A program made the position numbers and the translations under genes. Shown here in pieces: positions 17,395 through 26,819 of a stretch of DNA of 57,175 nucleotides; positions within the stretch are counted from its first letter, which is position 1, and each line of letters starts with the position of its first letter. The stretch is taken from positions 1 to 57,175 of the forward strand of contig CALXOI010000001.1 of NCBI GenBank assembly GCA_944389965.1, in the 5' to 3' direction. Under the pieces are notes generated by a model that saw only the letters and a program-made list of their open reading frames with translations, was not told where the DNA came from and did not search any database. The stretch comes from an uncultured Treponema sp. (GTDB lineage: Bacteria > Spirochaetota > Spirochaetia > Treponematales > Treponemataceae).

Positions 17395-20388
17395 TTACGG
17401 AACTTGCAGAATATCCCGGGGTTTTGATCCGTTTGCAGGTCCCACAATACCACGGGCTTCCATTTCTTCCACTAGCCGGGCAGCCCGGTTGTAGCCGATT
17501 TTCAAACGGCGTTGAATATACGAAGCAGATGCTTTTCCCGCTTGTATTACGATTTCCAGAGCTTGATCATACAGAGGGTCATCTCCGTCACTGAACAGGG
17601 ATGGACCTAAATCTTCTTCATCATCTACAAATATTTCGTCGTCAATGTATTCCGGCTCGCCGTATTGCTTCACAAATTCCACTACATTTTCAACTTCTGT
17701 ATCGGAGACAAAAGTTCCTTGGATGCGGACCGGAAACGGGTCAGTTGCGGATGCATACAGCATATCCCCTTTTCCCAGCAGTTTTTCTGCACCTACTTGA
17801 TCAATTATGATACGGCTGTCCATTTTTGATGCTACCATAAATGCAATACGGGTAGGAATATTTGCTTTGATAAGACCGGTAATAACATCAATAGAAGGAC
17901 GTTGTGTTGCCAGTACCAGATGAATGCCCACCGCCCGACTCATTGCTGCCAGCCGGGCAACGGTTGACTCCAACTCTTTGCCGGTTGTTGCCATCAAATC
18001 GGCAAATTCATCGATGATAACTACAACATACGGCAGTTTTTCTGCGGCAATGTTTCGTTCCACAATCCTACGGTTGTAACTACCGATTTCCCGGACACCC
18101 ATTCCGTCCAGTAGTGCATACCGGCGTTCCATTTCGCACAGGCAGTATTGCAATGCCTGAAATGCTTTTTTAGGTTCCGTAATAACTGGGGTGAGTAGGT
18201 GGGGAATATCATTGTATAATTTCAGCTCCACGATTTTCGGATCGATGAGAATCATTTTTACGTCCTGGGGGGAACGTTTGTACAGAATGGACAGAATCAT
18301 TGTATTCACACAGACGGATTTTCCGGAACCGGTTGAACCGGCAATCAGTAGGTGTGGTGTTTTTGCCAGATCGATGATTTTTGCTTCTCCGGTAATGTCT
18401 TTTCCCAAAATAACCGGAACCGCATATTTCCGGAATGCAGGGGCATCAGTTTCAATTAACTCTTTAAAACTGACGATTGCCCGTTCTTTGTTTGGGACTT
18501 CAATTCCGACGGCATGTTTTCCCGGAATAGGTGCTACGATACGGACGCTGGATGCTGCCAGTCTGAGGGCAATATTATCCTGCAATGCAACAATTTTACT
18601 GAGTTTCACTCCTGGTGCTGGCAGGATTTCAAACATAGTAATAACCGGACCTTTTCGGATACCGGTAACCTCTGCTTCTATTTTGAATTCACTGAGCGTA
18701 TCTTTTAATTCTCCGGCTGCAGCAAGTGTTTCATCATCAATAACCCAGTATTCCCCGTCTGGATATGATGTCAGTAATCCTTCTGTGGGAACCTGATAGG
18801 GGGCATTCTTTTTCCGGGCAGGGACAGCCCGTTCCACAAGCGGTGCCGCCGGTGTTTCTGTCTGGTTTAGGAGAAGTTCTGCCGGAGAAGGAACAGCTTC
18901 ATCTGAGGCTTCTGTGTCATCCCAATCATCCTCTTGCTCCGAACGTGCGGGAAAATCCGGATCTGTTTCCTCTTCTTCCTCTTCTATTTCATCATCCAGC
19001 CCGCCTTCCAGACCTGCATTAAAACGGGCTTCGGCCAGTTCATCCAAAGAAATATAATCTTCATCCTGACAGGCATCACTGGTCTGGGTGAAAGACACGG
19101 TAAAAGTTTCGGGACTGTCATTATTACATGGAAGTGGAAGTTCTTCCGTTTTTTTTTGCCCGGTTTCAGACTCCGATATGGTTTCTGCAGGAATAGAACT
19201 GTTTGAAACAGGATTTGTCCAGACTGTATCTGTTGTATCATCATATGACTCTGTTTCATTTTGGAGAACATCGGTGGTATTTTGATTTTCTGTTTCGTCC
19301 CCGGTAAAATGGGAGTCAAATGGGTCGTTGAGAAATGCAGCTTCTTCGTCATTATATAGGTCGGATGAATCTTTGGAATACAGCGTTGGATGTTGTTTAG
19401 CAAAAATAAATTCAGTTGTTTCCAAAGGCAATTCATCTGTACTAATACCTGCGGCGGCTTCTGCTTCAGCAATAGATATATTCCGGTCTGGTTGTTCTTT
19501 GGAAAGAAAATCGGAAACAAAATTATGTGCTGTATCTTCCGGTTTTTCATCAGAGGAAATGGTAGTATTTGAGACCGGATTCTGTGATGTGACAGAGAAA
19601 TCATCTGTATTTGATGTACAAATTGGTTCCGGGAAATTCTGCAGTTCATTGCTGCTTACATGAATACTGGATTCTATTTTGTCTGCAGTAATACCTGCGG
19701 CAGCTTCTGCTTCTTGAATGGATATGCTTTGATCTTGAAGGACTGTATTCGCCAAATCAAGTTGATTTTTTTCGTTAACCGGAAAATCAGAAAAATCAGG
19801 AGTGTTTTGTTCCGTGTCTTCATGTTCTGTAATATGGGCGGTGTCAGTATCTGCCGGAATATACGGATTACTTTGTTCTGCAGTAAGAAAATCGTCTATT
19901 TTCTGGGCATAATCCCGCAGGGAATTCATCGGTTGCTTTTGTATTTTCTGCCGGGATTCTATTCTGGAACCGATAACAGCAGCGGCGGCATATTCTACAA
20001 TGACAAGCAGAATTGCAATTGTTACTATTGCTGCTATTTTTATTGTCAAAAGCGGTCCGGAATCTGTTGAGCAGATGGTTCGGCATATTTTTTCAACTCC
20101 GGCTATTGTAAAAAACGGCAGGATTGACACACAGAGGATAAACCCTTTTTTATTAGACCAGGATTCTGTAAAACAGCTGATTCCAGCGGCAAAGAAGAAA
20201 ACTGGAATTAAAAGACTTGAAAAACCGTATACCTGATACAGTATTTTGCCGGCAGAGAAAAAAAATCCGGTTATACCGGATGGATTTGTTCCTGGTAACA
20301 TATTAAATAATATTGTAGCCAAAAAAAAGGCTGCTATAATGAGCAGTATAAAGCCCCAGATGGTTGTTGCTTTTTCTGTCTTTATCAT
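17395..20388 (-). CDS. ftsK: DNA translocase FtsK
   Basis: N-terminal TMs, long acidic linker, PHLLIAGSTGSGKSV, IIDEFADLM, LATQRPS, gamma domain ASASYIQRRLKIGYNRAAR. Confidence 0.96.
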   Translation of the reverse strand: MIKTEKATTIWGFILLIIAAFFLATILFNMLPGTNPSGITGFFFSAGKILYQVYGFSSLLIPVFFFAAGISCFTESWSNKKGFILCVSILPFFTIAGVEKICRTICSTDSGPLLTIKIAAIVTIAILLVIVEYAAAAVIGSRIESRQKIQKQPMNSLRDYAQKIDDFLTAEQSNPYIPADTDTAHITEHEDTEQNTPDFSDFPVNEKNQLDLANTVLQDQSISIQEAEAAAGITADKIESSIHVSSNELQNFPEPICTSNTDDFSVTSQNPVSNTTISSDEKPEDTAHNFVSDFLSKEQPDRNISIAEAEAAAGISTDELPLETTEFIFAKQHPTLYSKDSSDLYNDEEAAFLNDPFDSHFTGDETENQNTTDVLQNETESYDDTTDTVWTNPVSNSSIPAETISESETGQKKTEELPLPCNNDSPETFTVSFTQTSDACQDEDYISLDELAEARFNAGLEGGLDDEIEEEEEETDPDFPARSEQEDDWDDTEASDEAVPSPAELLLNQTETPAAPLVERAVPARKKNAPYQVPTEGLLTSYPDGEYWVIDDETLAAAGELKDTLSEFKIEAEVTGIRKGPVITMFEILPAPGVKLSKIVALQDNIALRLAASSVRIVAPIPGKHAVGIEVPNKERAIVSFKELIETDAPAFRKYAVPVILGKDITGEAKIIDLAKTPHLLIAGSTGSGKSVCVNTMILSILYKRSPQDVKMILIDPKIVELKLYNDIPHLLTPVITEPKKAFQALQYCLCEMERRYALLDGMGVREIGSYNRRIVERNIAAEKLPYVVVIIDEFADLMATTGKELESTVARLAAMSRAVGIHLVLATQRPSIDVITGLIKANIPTRIAFMVASKMDSRIIIDQVGAEKLLGKGDMLYASATDPFPVRIQGTFVSDTEVENVVEFVKQYGEPEYIDDEIFVDDEEDLGPSLFSDGDDPLYDQALEIVIQAGKASASYIQRRLKIGYNRAARLVEEMEARGIVGPANGSKPRDILQVP

Positions 20389-20455
20389 GTAAATCTCCCA
20401 ATTATACGGTTATAGTATCGGTTTTTTTACATAAGAGTTAAGATGAAGATATCGT

Positions 20456-20496
20456 AAAAAAAAAAGCTTTCTCCTTTCGGAGAAAGCTTTTTTTTA
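20456..20496. terminator. Rho-independent terminator of the hydrogenase operon (bidirectional form)
   Basis: A-run-GCTTTCTCC-TTTC-GGAGAAAGC-T-run. Confidence 0.88.
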
Positions 20497-20522
20497 TTGA
20501 TTCTAGGTTACTGGAAATTCAG

Positions 20523-21998
20523 TTATTTGTTTTTTACGGCATCATCTGCACCGGCTTCTACATATTTTTTCAACTGGATAGCAGCAACTTTGGGATTGGT
20601 GATAACAGAAGGCCCGGCAATACAGCCTCCCTCACATGCCATGACTTCTACCAGATTGGGGCAGTCAGGAGTATGGGGAGCTTGTCCACTTTGAATTTTA
20701 CCGTATTGTGCGAGTTGTTTCATACCGGCTTTGTTTAAGCCGTTGATAACGGCAGCCTTTAGAATTTCTGGATCCGCTAAGCGTACCCGTACCGCTTCTG
20801 CAACTCCGCCGGAGACAGCAAAATTACGACCTGAAACAGTGGGAATAATGGAGCCCGGTTCTGCCGGTACCTTGGCTACATCGATTCCTTTTGCTACAAA
20901 TAATGCCCCGATTTCTTCTATCGATAAGACATAGTCTACAAATTCATCATCCATGCCTTCCCGCCGTTTTGCCAGACAGGGACCGATAAATACAGAAATA
21001 CAATCCGGATCAGCTTTTTTTGCGATTTCTGCGGTATAATGCATCGGGCTCCGGGTATCGGAAATACAAGGTGACAGTTCCGGCACGTGTTTGTGGACAG
21101 CCCGGACGTAGGCAGGGCAGCAGGAGGTTGTCATCATGTAGTCCCCGCGCTCCATCCGCTCTGCAAATTCATGGGCTTCTTTATCAGCTGTTATATCTGC
21201 GCCGATAGCAACTTCCCAAATTCGGGCAAATCCTGCCTGTTTTAATGCAGACTCCAGTTGTCCCGGAGCCGCCCGGAATTGGGCTGCGATTGCCGGTGCG
21301 TACATAGCGACAACTTTTTTGCCTGCCATAATATGTTTTAAAACATCAACCAGCTGTCCTTTATCCATCATGGCGCCAAAGGGACATTCCCGCATACAAT
21401 TTCCACAGAAAATGCATTTGTGGTAATCAATGCGCTCTTTTCCGTTTTCATCCTTGGATATTGCGCCGACCGGGCAGGCTTCTTCACAGGGAACCGGTAT
21501 TTTTATGATGGCATGATAAGGACAGTTCTGCATACATAGTCCGCAGTTGACACATTTTTCCGGATCAATGTGGGCCCTGCCTCCGGTAATGGTGATTGCT
21601 TTCTTTGCACAGTTCATCATACAGGGACGGGCAAGACATGCTTGACAGGCATTGGTAACCATATAATGGCTTCTGACACAGGCGTTACAGGCTTCATCCA
21701 GTACCGTAAGCATCGGCCAAGTCGGTTTCTCCCGGGTCAGTGCTTCCCGGGCAAATTCTGCAAGTTTTTTTTCATCATCATAGTCTTCCACGCTGCATCC
21801 CAACCGTGCCATAACCCGCATCCGCAGGATTTCCCGGTCGTGGTAAATACAACACCGTACCGGTTGGCTGCCTTGCGGTGCCATTTCCCGGGGGATGTAG
21901 TGGACACCTTCTTCCAGTTTTCCTTCAAGCTGCAGTTTGGCAATGCGGACAAGAATTTCCCGTTTCAGCTGGGCTGCATTATTGTTAATATTCAGCAT
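20523..21998 (-). CDS. Monomeric [FeFe]-hydrogenase (group B-like) with N-terminal 4Fe-4S clusters
   Basis: H-cluster motifs TTSCCPAY, GPCLAKRRE, EVMACEGGCIAGP; ferredoxin motifs CVNCGLCMQNCP, CIFCGNCMRECP. Confidence 0.92.
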   Translation of the reverse strand: MLNINNNAAQLKREILVRIAKLQLEGKLEEGVHYIPREMAPQGSQPVRCCIYHDREILRMRVMARLGCSVEDYDDEKKLAEFAREALTREKPTWPMLTVLDEACNACVRSHYMVTNACQACLARPCMMNCAKKAITITGGRAHIDPEKCVNCGLCMQNCPYHAIIKIPVPCEEACPVGAISKDENGKERIDYHKCIFCGNCMRECPFGAMMDKGQLVDVLKHIMAGKKVVAMYAPAIAAQFRAAPGQLESALKQAGFARIWEVAIGADITADKEAHEFAERMERGDYMMTTSCCPAYVRAVHKHVPELSPCISDTRSPMHYTAEIAKKADPDCISVFIGPCLAKRREGMDDEFVDYVLSIEEIGALFVAKGIDVAKVPAEPGSIIPTVSGRNFAVSGGVAEAVRVRLADPEILKAAVINGLNKAGMKQLAQYGKIQSGQAPHTPDCPNLVEVMACEGGCIAGPSVITNPKVAAIQLKKYVEAGADDAVKNK

Positions 21999-22020
21999 CA
22001 GAATCTCCTTCCAGTACCGG

Positions 22021-22278
22021 TTAGTTTAACGCTGCAAGTGCTTTTACTTTTTCCAAAACCAGCGGTAATGTTGCGCCGGCAACTACTTCATCGTTAATCT
22101 TTACAAACGGGGTTTTTCCACATTCCGGGTTTTTGCATTTTTCAAAACAGGTGATACCTTCTATTTCCACCATATCTTTTAATTCTTCCGGTAATTCTTC
22201 TTCCAGCAGTAAAATTTCGGATGCTCCCATAACAAAACAAGCTGTTCCGGTACAAATCGATACTTTAATCTTTTTCAT
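22021..22278 (-). CDS. Thioredoxin-like [2Fe-2S] protein (NuoE/HfsA-like)
   Basis: ICTGTACFVMG ... TCFEKC ... PFVKIND. Confidence 0.85.
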   Translation of the reverse strand: MKKIKVSICTGTACFVMGASEILLLEEELPEELKDMVEIEGITCFEKCKNPECGKTPFVKINDEVVAGATLPLVLEKVKALAALN

Positions 22279-22287
22279 GTGATCTCC

Positions 22288-23529
22288 TTAAAAGTATTGA
22301 ATATGAACTTCTTTTAAATATTTATCCTGCAACAGGGCTGCAATTTTTTTTACAACGTTACGCCGGATTTCCAGTTCTACCGGCATATTCGGATCCTGGT
22401 GTGCTTCATTTATTTTTGTTCCAACTACAAACCAAATGCGGTCACAATTCAGGAACATTTCTACCATCCGGGTTGCCGCATTCGGTTTCAATCCTTCCAT
22501 GTCGGCATCTTTTTCCAAAATTTCGGATACGGCACCCATGGTAATAATCCCTTCCGTTACCATGTCGGCTCCTTCCATTTCTGAATAGGGAGGTACTTTC
22601 GGATCAAAATCTTTCAGACTGACTTTTATGGGGCGGTTTAATTCTCGAGATAAAATATTGGCTGTTGTTCCACCACAGATAATCTTTATGCCGTCAAATA
22701 ACGCAAATATCCGTGCAATCTCCGAATCGCTCTCTTTGTGAACGGGTGGCCCGGTCATAATCAGCATATCCCTGGGACTGCGGAAGTAAATGACACCACA
22801 GGATATATCATCTTTGGGTTTGTATCCGTCGTGCATACATGCTTCCTGCACTACAGATCGGGCAAGTTCCCGGGCACTGATGGACGGATTATCAATCACT
22901 TTACTCAGAATAAAATCCTGTGCGTTATTGCTGCCCCATCCGAACGGGAAACAAGGAGATCCCATTCCAGATTGGGTTACACCGTCAGAAAAAAATATCA
23001 AACGATCTCCGGGGCGGGCGGCGTATTTTGAATAATGAAGTAATGCGTCCCGTTTTGGTGCTGTTGCTTTATTTTTGCGTTCAATAGGTGTAATGTCTTT
23101 AATTGGTTCTATAACTGTTTGTTGACGGATGAGTACATACGGGGGATTGTCATATTCCATGATACGAACCGTTGCATTTGGTTCTATATCTACCAGTGTA
23201 AATGTTGCATAACTGATACCCCGTTCTTTGCAAACCGGGAGCGTATTCATGATAATTTCGGCCGCCCGCCGGATGGGAATATCATTCGCAATAAATTTTG
23301 TTGCCATGGTGGCGGTCAATGTTGCCAATACACCGGCTTTAATACCGGATCCCAGACCGTCTGACAATGTAGTAATTACCCTGCCGTCAGAAGGATTCTT
23401 TTGTGATAAGAAAACATCTCCTTCTGCATGCTGGTTGTATTTGCACAGCTGGAAGTGCCCGACTTCAATAAATGTTTCCGGCAACGCCGGTTTACCTACG
23501 TTACCGGCAGCAGTAGTTTGGGAATCCAT
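22288..23529 (-). CDS. SpoIIE/PP2C-type Ser/Thr phosphatase (HfsC-like)
   Basis: LSDGLGSG, YATFT, FSDGVT, KPKDDISC, CGGTTA, TEGIITM. Confidence 0.9.
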   Translation of the reverse strand: MDSQTTAAGNVGKPALPETFIEVGHFQLCKYNQHAEGDVFLSQKNPSDGRVITTLSDGLGSGIKAGVLATLTATMATKFIANDIPIRRAAEIIMNTLPVCKERGISYATFTLVDIEPNATVRIMEYDNPPYVLIRQQTVIEPIKDITPIERKNKATAPKRDALLHYSKYAARPGDRLIFFSDGVTQSGMGSPCFPFGWGSNNAQDFILSKVIDNPSISARELARSVVQEACMHDGYKPKDDISCGVIYFRSPRDMLIMTGPPVHKESDSEIARIFALFDGIKIICGGTTANILSRELNRPIKVSLKDFDPKVPPYSEMEGADMVTEGIITMGAVSEILEKDADMEGLKPNAATRMVEMFLNCDRIWFVVGTKINEAHQDPNMPVELEIRRNVVKKIAALLQDKYLKEVHIQYF

Positions 23530-25280
23530 TAGTCTTCGTCCTCGTCTCCACCATATGAATCAATAATGGAATTCAGCATTGATTCTGTTTCTGCTGCATT
23601 TTCACCTAAAAGAAATGCAATTTTCTGAACGACTGACAGGTTTTTATCGATAATTTTTCGGGCTTGAGTTACAGTCCTGTTCTTCTGGTTCTGGGGGGCC
23701 GTTATATCTTCGATAACACCAGCAGCAATTTCTTCTTTTTCAATTTCGAATACAGTGATATGAAGAATTTTCCGTCCGTCTCTAATATCCCGTTCTATAA
23801 TATCGGGACCATTCATAGTGAGAACGTCCGCAAAGAACTGGGATGCACCGGTCAGTTTTGCTAAATCCGCTCCTTCCAGGCCGGGTTTCGCTTCATACAT
23901 CTCTACAACATCAGTACCCATTAACTTTGCGAAATTCATATTACATTCGACAATTTGCAGATTTTTGTCAACTATAACAACTCCACTGGGAATTGCCTTG
24001 ATAAGTCCGTTTGCTTTTTTCTGAGCCAGTTTCCGCATATATGAAACACACATAGTTTTTTCAGCCCGGTTGTCAAGAATAGCTTCAGCAAAAGCCCGGC
24101 AGGTATCATATCCACAACTGGCACAATTAACTTCGTCAGCGGCAGTGTATTTTCCTACAGACCGCAATGCAGTACGGATATCTTCTTCTGTATAGCGGGG
24201 CGGGGTTGCCTGTGTTCCGGGAAGGGTATCCTGCAATACCGGCGCATTGTTTCTGGTTTCGGAATCCAATGTTTCATCTGCTGTAGCCGCATACTCTTCA
24301 ACCAATACCCTTCGGAGGGTTCCGGAATGAATACGGGCTGTTCCTGGTCCATTGATACATCCTCCTGTACAAGACAACAGTTCCAAAAATAGCGGTGTAG
24401 AAATGTTTTCAGGATCGAAACCTGCTAACGCATCATGTATTTCGGGGATACCGGATACCGTCATGGAACGAACACCGGGAAGTTTGCCATATTTTTTGCA
24501 GGCGGCAATCATGCCTCCGTCAATGGGATACAGGGAGCCTTTCGCCGCTCGGCGGGGAATGAATTGTTGATCTGCTTCTTTTCCGGCGGGTATTACTGTG
24601 TCCGGCCGGATCCCTTCAGCGGCAAACCATGTCCGCAATTCGTTGAATGTAATAGCAATATCAATTTCTTTCCATGTATCCGATTCCCGTTTTTTTGCAA
24701 TGCAGGGACCGATAAAAACAATACCGATGTCTTCGCCGTAAATTTTTCTCAAATAGCGAGCATGGGCCAAAAGTGGGGATGCCCGGTCAGTAATGTACGG
24801 GGTAAATTCAGGCAGGAAAAGTTTTATATATTCTACAACCGCCGGGCAGGCTGATGATAAAAAGAGCTTTTGTTGAATGGTACCTGCGGCTGCGGCTGCC
24901 AGGTCTTCTGATAACTGGGCGGAGACAAGATCCGCGCCCAAGGCTGTTTCGGAAACCTCCGAAAATCCTAAATGCTTTAATGCTGCAATCATTTGCGGCG
25001 GTGTAAAATCCGGGAATTCCGCAATAAATGAAGGTGCCAAAGATACAATAATCTTTTTTTTCAGAGTAAACAGTTGTTTTACCCGGGCTGTATCATCTCT
25101 GCTGTGCTTTGCATGGGCTGGACAATGGGTTACACACCCACCGCAGTAAATACACAGTTCCGGGATAATTTTCGCATGTCCATTTTCTACCCGGATTGCT
25201 TTTACCGGACACCGGCGGATACATTTGTAACAATCCTGACATTCTGTCGGTTCAGTGTAAATTGGATAAGTAAAGTTCAT
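23529..25280 (-). CDS. Sensory [FeFe]-hydrogenase with C-terminal PAS domain (HydS/HfsB-like, group C)
   Basis: CQDCYKCIRRCP; variant H-cluster motifs SSACP, GPCIAKKRE, ELLSCTGGCINGP; NCASCGYDTC; PAS-like PSGVVIVDKNLQIVECN. Confidence 0.9.
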   Translation of the reverse strand: MNFTYPIYTEPTECQDCYKCIRRCPVKAIRVENGHAKIIPELCIYCGGCVTHCPAHAKHSRDDTARVKQLFTLKKKIIVSLAPSFIAEFPDFTPPQMIAALKHLGFSEVSETALGADLVSAQLSEDLAAAAAGTIQQKLFLSSACPAVVEYIKLFLPEFTPYITDRASPLLAHARYLRKIYGEDIGIVFIGPCIAKKRESDTWKEIDIAITFNELRTWFAAEGIRPDTVIPAGKEADQQFIPRRAAKGSLYPIDGGMIAACKKYGKLPGVRSMTVSGIPEIHDALAGFDPENISTPLFLELLSCTGGCINGPGTARIHSGTLRRVLVEEYAATADETLDSETRNNAPVLQDTLPGTQATPPRYTEEDIRTALRSVGKYTAADEVNCASCGYDTCRAFAEAILDNRAEKTMCVSYMRKLAQKKANGLIKAIPSGVVIVDKNLQIVECNMNFAKLMGTDVVEMYEAKPGLEGADLAKLTGASQFFADVLTMNGPDIIERDIRDGRKILHITVFEIEKEEIAAGVIEDITAPQNQKNRTVTQARKIIDKNLSVVQKIAFLLGENAAETESMLNSIIDSYGGDEDED

Positions 25281-25522
25281 TTTTCTGTCTCCAATGCATG
25301 CAGTAACAAATCCGGTAATGTTTCCGGAGAAACATTTGTGTATAATTTGTCATCAATACGGATATTGGGCCCATTTTTGCATTCGCCTTCACACAAGCAA
25401 CCTCTGACGGAAAATTTATCTTCCAGCCCGTTGTCTGCAATGAACCGTTGGATGACTTCAGCATTTGTTGAATTTCCTCTGCTGAAACAAGAACTTCCCA
25501 TACAAATGGTAATTGTTTTCAT
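25277..25522 (-). CDS. Thioredoxin-like [2Fe-2S] protein (HfsA-like)
   Basis: ICMGSSCFSRGN ... CLCEGECKNGPNIRID; ATGA overlap with the next gene. Confidence 0.88.
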   Translation of the reverse strand: MKTITICMGSSCFSRGNSTNAEVIQRFIADNGLEDKFSVRGCLCEGECKNGPNIRIDDKLYTNVSPETLPDLLLHALETEK

Positions 25523-25644
25523 GATTTCCCGCCTTATTTTCTATTCTATAAACGAATATAGATTCCGTCAAGTAAAATTGAGATATAGCAGAAAACAGGG
25601 GTCCCCTCGGTTTAAGATTTTATTAAAGAAAATAAAAAAAGTGA

Positions 25645-25673
25645 TTGACAATTATTTTTTATCACTGTATATT
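25645..25673 (+). promoter_or_regulatory. sigma70-type promoter with no downstream CDS
   Basis: TTGACA (25645-50), 17-nt spacer, TATATT (25668-73). Confidence 0.7.
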
Positions 25674-25678
25674 AAAAA

Positions 25679-25770
25679 CAGCTTGTAAATAAGCTGATAA
25701 ACTCTCTCCGATGCCCGGCTTGCTGGGCGTGCGCCCTTCCTTAGCGTTGCTCTGGAAGGGCGCTTTTTAT
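25679..25770 (+). ncRNA. Candidate ~90-nt small RNA (three hairpins, ending in an intrinsic terminator)
   Basis: CAGCTT/AAGCTG hairpin; single-stranded ACTCTCTCC; 8-bp stem with G(CUUG)C tetraloop; GCGCCCTTCC/GGAAGGGCGC + TTTTT. Confidence 0.6.
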
Positions 25771-25940
25771 TACACAATAACGAAGTATTTTCATTATTCT
25801 TTTATCCTAAATATGTATTATATATTTTTATTTATGGTATAGAAAGAATTTGGTACAATCCTCATTGCGGAAAATACAATATGAATATTCTGATGATAGT
25901 TTAAAACGGTACCGGTCTTTTGCCGTGAAGATTCAAAATT

Positions 25941-26789
25941 TCAGCTGATAGTAATTATGCTTTCTGGTGGAACTGATTTTGTTACCCACGTATTTCCGCC
26001 GATAGTGCTGCCGGCACCGATAACTGTGCTGCCGCCTAAAATTGTAGCGCCGGCATAAATTGTGACATTATCTTCTATTGTCGGATGCCGTTTTTTCGCT
26101 TTTAATTCTTTTCTGACGCTTAACGCTCCTAATGTCACCCCTTGGTATATTTTTACATTGTTGCCGATGACACAGGTTTCGCCAATAACGACACCGGTTC
26201 CATGATCAATAAAAAATGACTCCCCAATTGTCGCACCCGGATTGATGTCGATACCGGTTTTACCGTGTATATATTCACTCATAATCCGGGGAATAATAGG
26301 AATTCCGTTTATATGCAGAAAATGTGCGATTCTGTGGACAGCTACGGCTTCCAATCCCGGATACGACAGAATAATTTCTTCCATACTTTGGGCTGCAGGA
26401 TCTCCGTCCAAGGCGGCTTTTGTGTCCAGATATAATTTCCTTCGGATTTCAGGAATTTCTTCTATCAAAGCCCGTGCTGCATTTTCTGCTAACTGCAGGC
26501 AGGGATTCTTTTGGCTGTCTGCAGTCTTTGCCAGATAACACATTGTTTTTTGAATTTCTACTGTCAGTGTTGAAATAATTCTGTTAATCCGTTCTCCAGT
26601 CGCATAGCGCAGGTTATTTTCATCTAGGTATTCTGCTGTTCTGAAGCCCGGAAATAATAGAGATAAAATATCCTGCAACGCATTGATAACATTCTGGCGG
26701 TTAGGGAAATTGTGGGCGCTGTCTGCGTTAATTCCACCATATGTCCTGTATGAATCAAGAATGCGGGTTGTCATTTCATCCGTTGTCAT
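25941..26789 (-). CDS. cysE: Serine O-acetyltransferase
   Basis: GDPAA, YPG..A..HRIAH, GIDINPGATIG, FIDHGTGVVIGET, KRHPTIEDNV. Confidence 0.93.
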   Translation of the reverse strand: MTTDEMTTRILDSYRTYGGINADSAHNFPNRQNVINALQDILSLLFPGFRTAEYLDENNLRYATGERINRIISTLTVEIQKTMCYLAKTADSQKNPCLQLAENAARALIEEIPEIRRKLYLDTKAALDGDPAAQSMEEIILSYPGLEAVAVHRIAHFLHINGIPIIPRIMSEYIHGKTGIDINPGATIGESFFIDHGTGVVIGETCVIGNNVKIYQGVTLGALSVRKELKAKKRHPTIEDNVTIYAGATILGGSTVIGAGSTIGGNTWVTKSVPPESIITIS

Positions 26790-26819
26790 TTATTGCCTCT
26801 TGTGTTTTATCTTAGGAGA

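Noticed and set aside
18984-19649. 221-aa alternative-frame ORF inside ftsK
   Set aside because: Shadow ORF of the low-complexity linker; ftsK is continuous in its own frame and no RBS is evident.
25679-25770. tRNA, SRP RNA or riboswitch
   Set aside because: No cloverleaf or T-loop, no SRP domain IV motif recognised, and no downstream same-strand gene to regulate; kept as an unknown sRNA candidate.
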